DNA of 63,933 nt, the filler included, from Rhizaria sp. SCN 62-66 (taxonomy: Eukaryota), in the NCBI GenBank assembly GCA_001724265.1. It is 3 parts of 3 records of this genome, joined end to end, with 100 filler letters (N's around TTAATTAATTAA, not from the genome) between each part and the next. Parts side by side here need not be neighbours in the genome. Positions count along the whole stretch, not along the records: positions 55,344 to 63,933 come from MEDY01000582.1; 2 more parts are not named here. One strand, 5' to 3'. Shown piece after piece: positions 62,601 through 63,933 of this stretch. The position numbers and the translations under genes were made by a program. Positions within the stretch are counted from its first letter, which is position 1. Each line of letters begins with the position of its first letter. The notes under the pieces were generated by a model that was not told where the DNA came from, did no database searches, and saw nothing but the letters and a program-made list of their open reading frames with translations.

Positions 62601-63933
62601 GGTGTTTGACGACGGCGCGAACAACAACACAACGACCTCTATGTCTGTGTTATTAGGTAACGTATTCTTTCCCGCAAACAAGGCGCGCGAAATCATCTTT
62701 GGTTTTTCGTCAAGCCGTCTTGTGCCTTATAACCTTACAACTCCCTTCCAGCGCGGAGTAGACAACGTCACGCTAGTGACCCCGTCTATGGCAGTTGTTT
62801 CTGGTAACGCGCTGTCGCTAAGTATGACCGCCGCGTCGGACGTAATTTGCAGCGTCTACTCGCCATATGGCGCATGCCTGGCAAGGCCTACTGGCGCTGT
62901 TCCTGGCACTGCGTACACACGCCCACAGGTGCTGCTTGACTACACTCATGTGTGGGATAAGCGCAGTGCACAGGTCACCAGGCTTGCTGGCGTTGCGCCC
63001 ACGCGCCGGCTGCCACTCGCGGTGCAGCGTTCGTCAGCTCGCTTGACTGGCACAAGCCTCAATGTGAACCTTGCCAGTCTGGGCGGGACGGGAATCACGC
63101 TTGTGCTCAAGTACACGACCACTTTTCTCACGTCGGCCAAACATCTTATCACGTTACCAAGCACGTTGTCTTATGCTTCGACGAGTGCAAGTGCTGTCGG
63201 CTTTGACACGCTTAGTTGCGTCAGCAATATCTGCACAGGCAAAGCGTCAGTGAACACGGCATTCACAATTACGATTGATGGAATTGTTGCCTCGACCGCA
63301 CCGTACACACTATTGCGCGCTAACATTGCGATATATGACACTGCCACGGTTACTGGCAACATTTCTCTTTCAATTGCCGCGTATGCGGCACCGGAACTGC
63401 GCGCGATTGAAGGCTATGAGCCTACAGACAGGCTCATTGCGTGCACAACCGTCCAGTCTACTATCTCCTTTTTGGGACGTATATCTGGTCCTATGCCGCC
63501 ATATAATGAAGATTACATCGTTAGCGTTACCGGCTCAGCCGGCAGCTTTACTCTGACGTCGCAAATAACACTCGCGTATACGCGCATCTTGATCAGGCCC
63601 GGTGCAAATTTCAATGTCCAAATTGCGGTAGATTCACCTCACCTGCTTGCTGGCGGGGCCCCTACGCTTAATAGCGTTGCCGTGTTCCGGCCCGGCACGC
63701 CGACTTGTACGGTTCCAGTTGTCGCCAATATCGCATCGCTCGGGGATTGCTCAGGCTTTCCACAAGACACCATCGTCAACCTGGAGATTACCACGGGGCA
63801 CACGCAGCTTCCCGTGCTCCCGGTCTGGATTGACGTGCTGCTTGGCAGCGATAAATTTGTGCGCTTCCCAATCAAGCTGCCAACGACTCCGCTCCCATTG
63901 ACCATTTTGTCTGTGACAGAACCGGTTCCTGAA
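56626..63933 (+). CDS. Giant secreted or surface glycoprotein (at least 2436 codons, 3'-truncated), Ser/Thr/Val-rich with spaced cysteines; one in-frame TAG at 56857-56859
   Basis: Signal peptide MFLWSVALLAFFAICSSTAVS. After the TAG, frame 1 stays open to the window end, so the ORF track lists only the 77-aa stub. Many NxS/T sequons and an internal duplication of about 716 aa. Confidence 0.8.

Noticed and set aside
1-63933. CRISPR arrays, rRNA, tRNA (including a CUA-anticodon tRNA) or intronic snoRNAs in the ribosomal-protein genes
   Set aside because: No repeat-spacer array, cloverleaf or clear box C/D pair was seen by eye. The repeats present are coding microsatellites (GCC, CAG, AGC, TCTGGC).

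Overview
Nuclear DNA of a GC-rich, intron-containing microbial eukaryote (protist-like). It is three contig pieces joined by artificial 100-nt spacers (N44-TTAATTAATTAA-N44 at 27582-27681 and 55244-55343). Piece 1 (1-27581) holds a 5'-truncated MORN/ankyrin/FYVE gene, a SAM methyltransferase, an ankyrin protein, a D-box securin-like protein, a reticulon and a 2780-aa PEHE-motif protein. Piece 2 (27682-55243) holds a 5'-truncated degenerate SNF2-like protein with AT-hook, PHD-like and SAM-like motifs, a chalcone-isomerase-fold protein, CCDC77, RPS27, a LENG8/Thp3-like SAC3-family gene and partial RPL9. Piece 3 (55344-63933) is less GC-rich and holds a pogo-type transposase remnant and a secreted protein of at least 2436 codons that the ORF track shows only as a 77-aa stub. 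The main signal is a probable non-standard nuclear genetic code. All four in-frame stops that interrupt otherwise continuous coding frames are TAG (18974, 19298, 44080-44082 on the minus strand, 56857), spread over all three pieces. All 11 gene ends I could reconstruct use TGA (8) or TAA (3), never TAG. This suggests UAG is a rarely used sense codon, tentatively Gln, while UAA remains a stop. All gene models and domain calls were made by eye; no searches were run.
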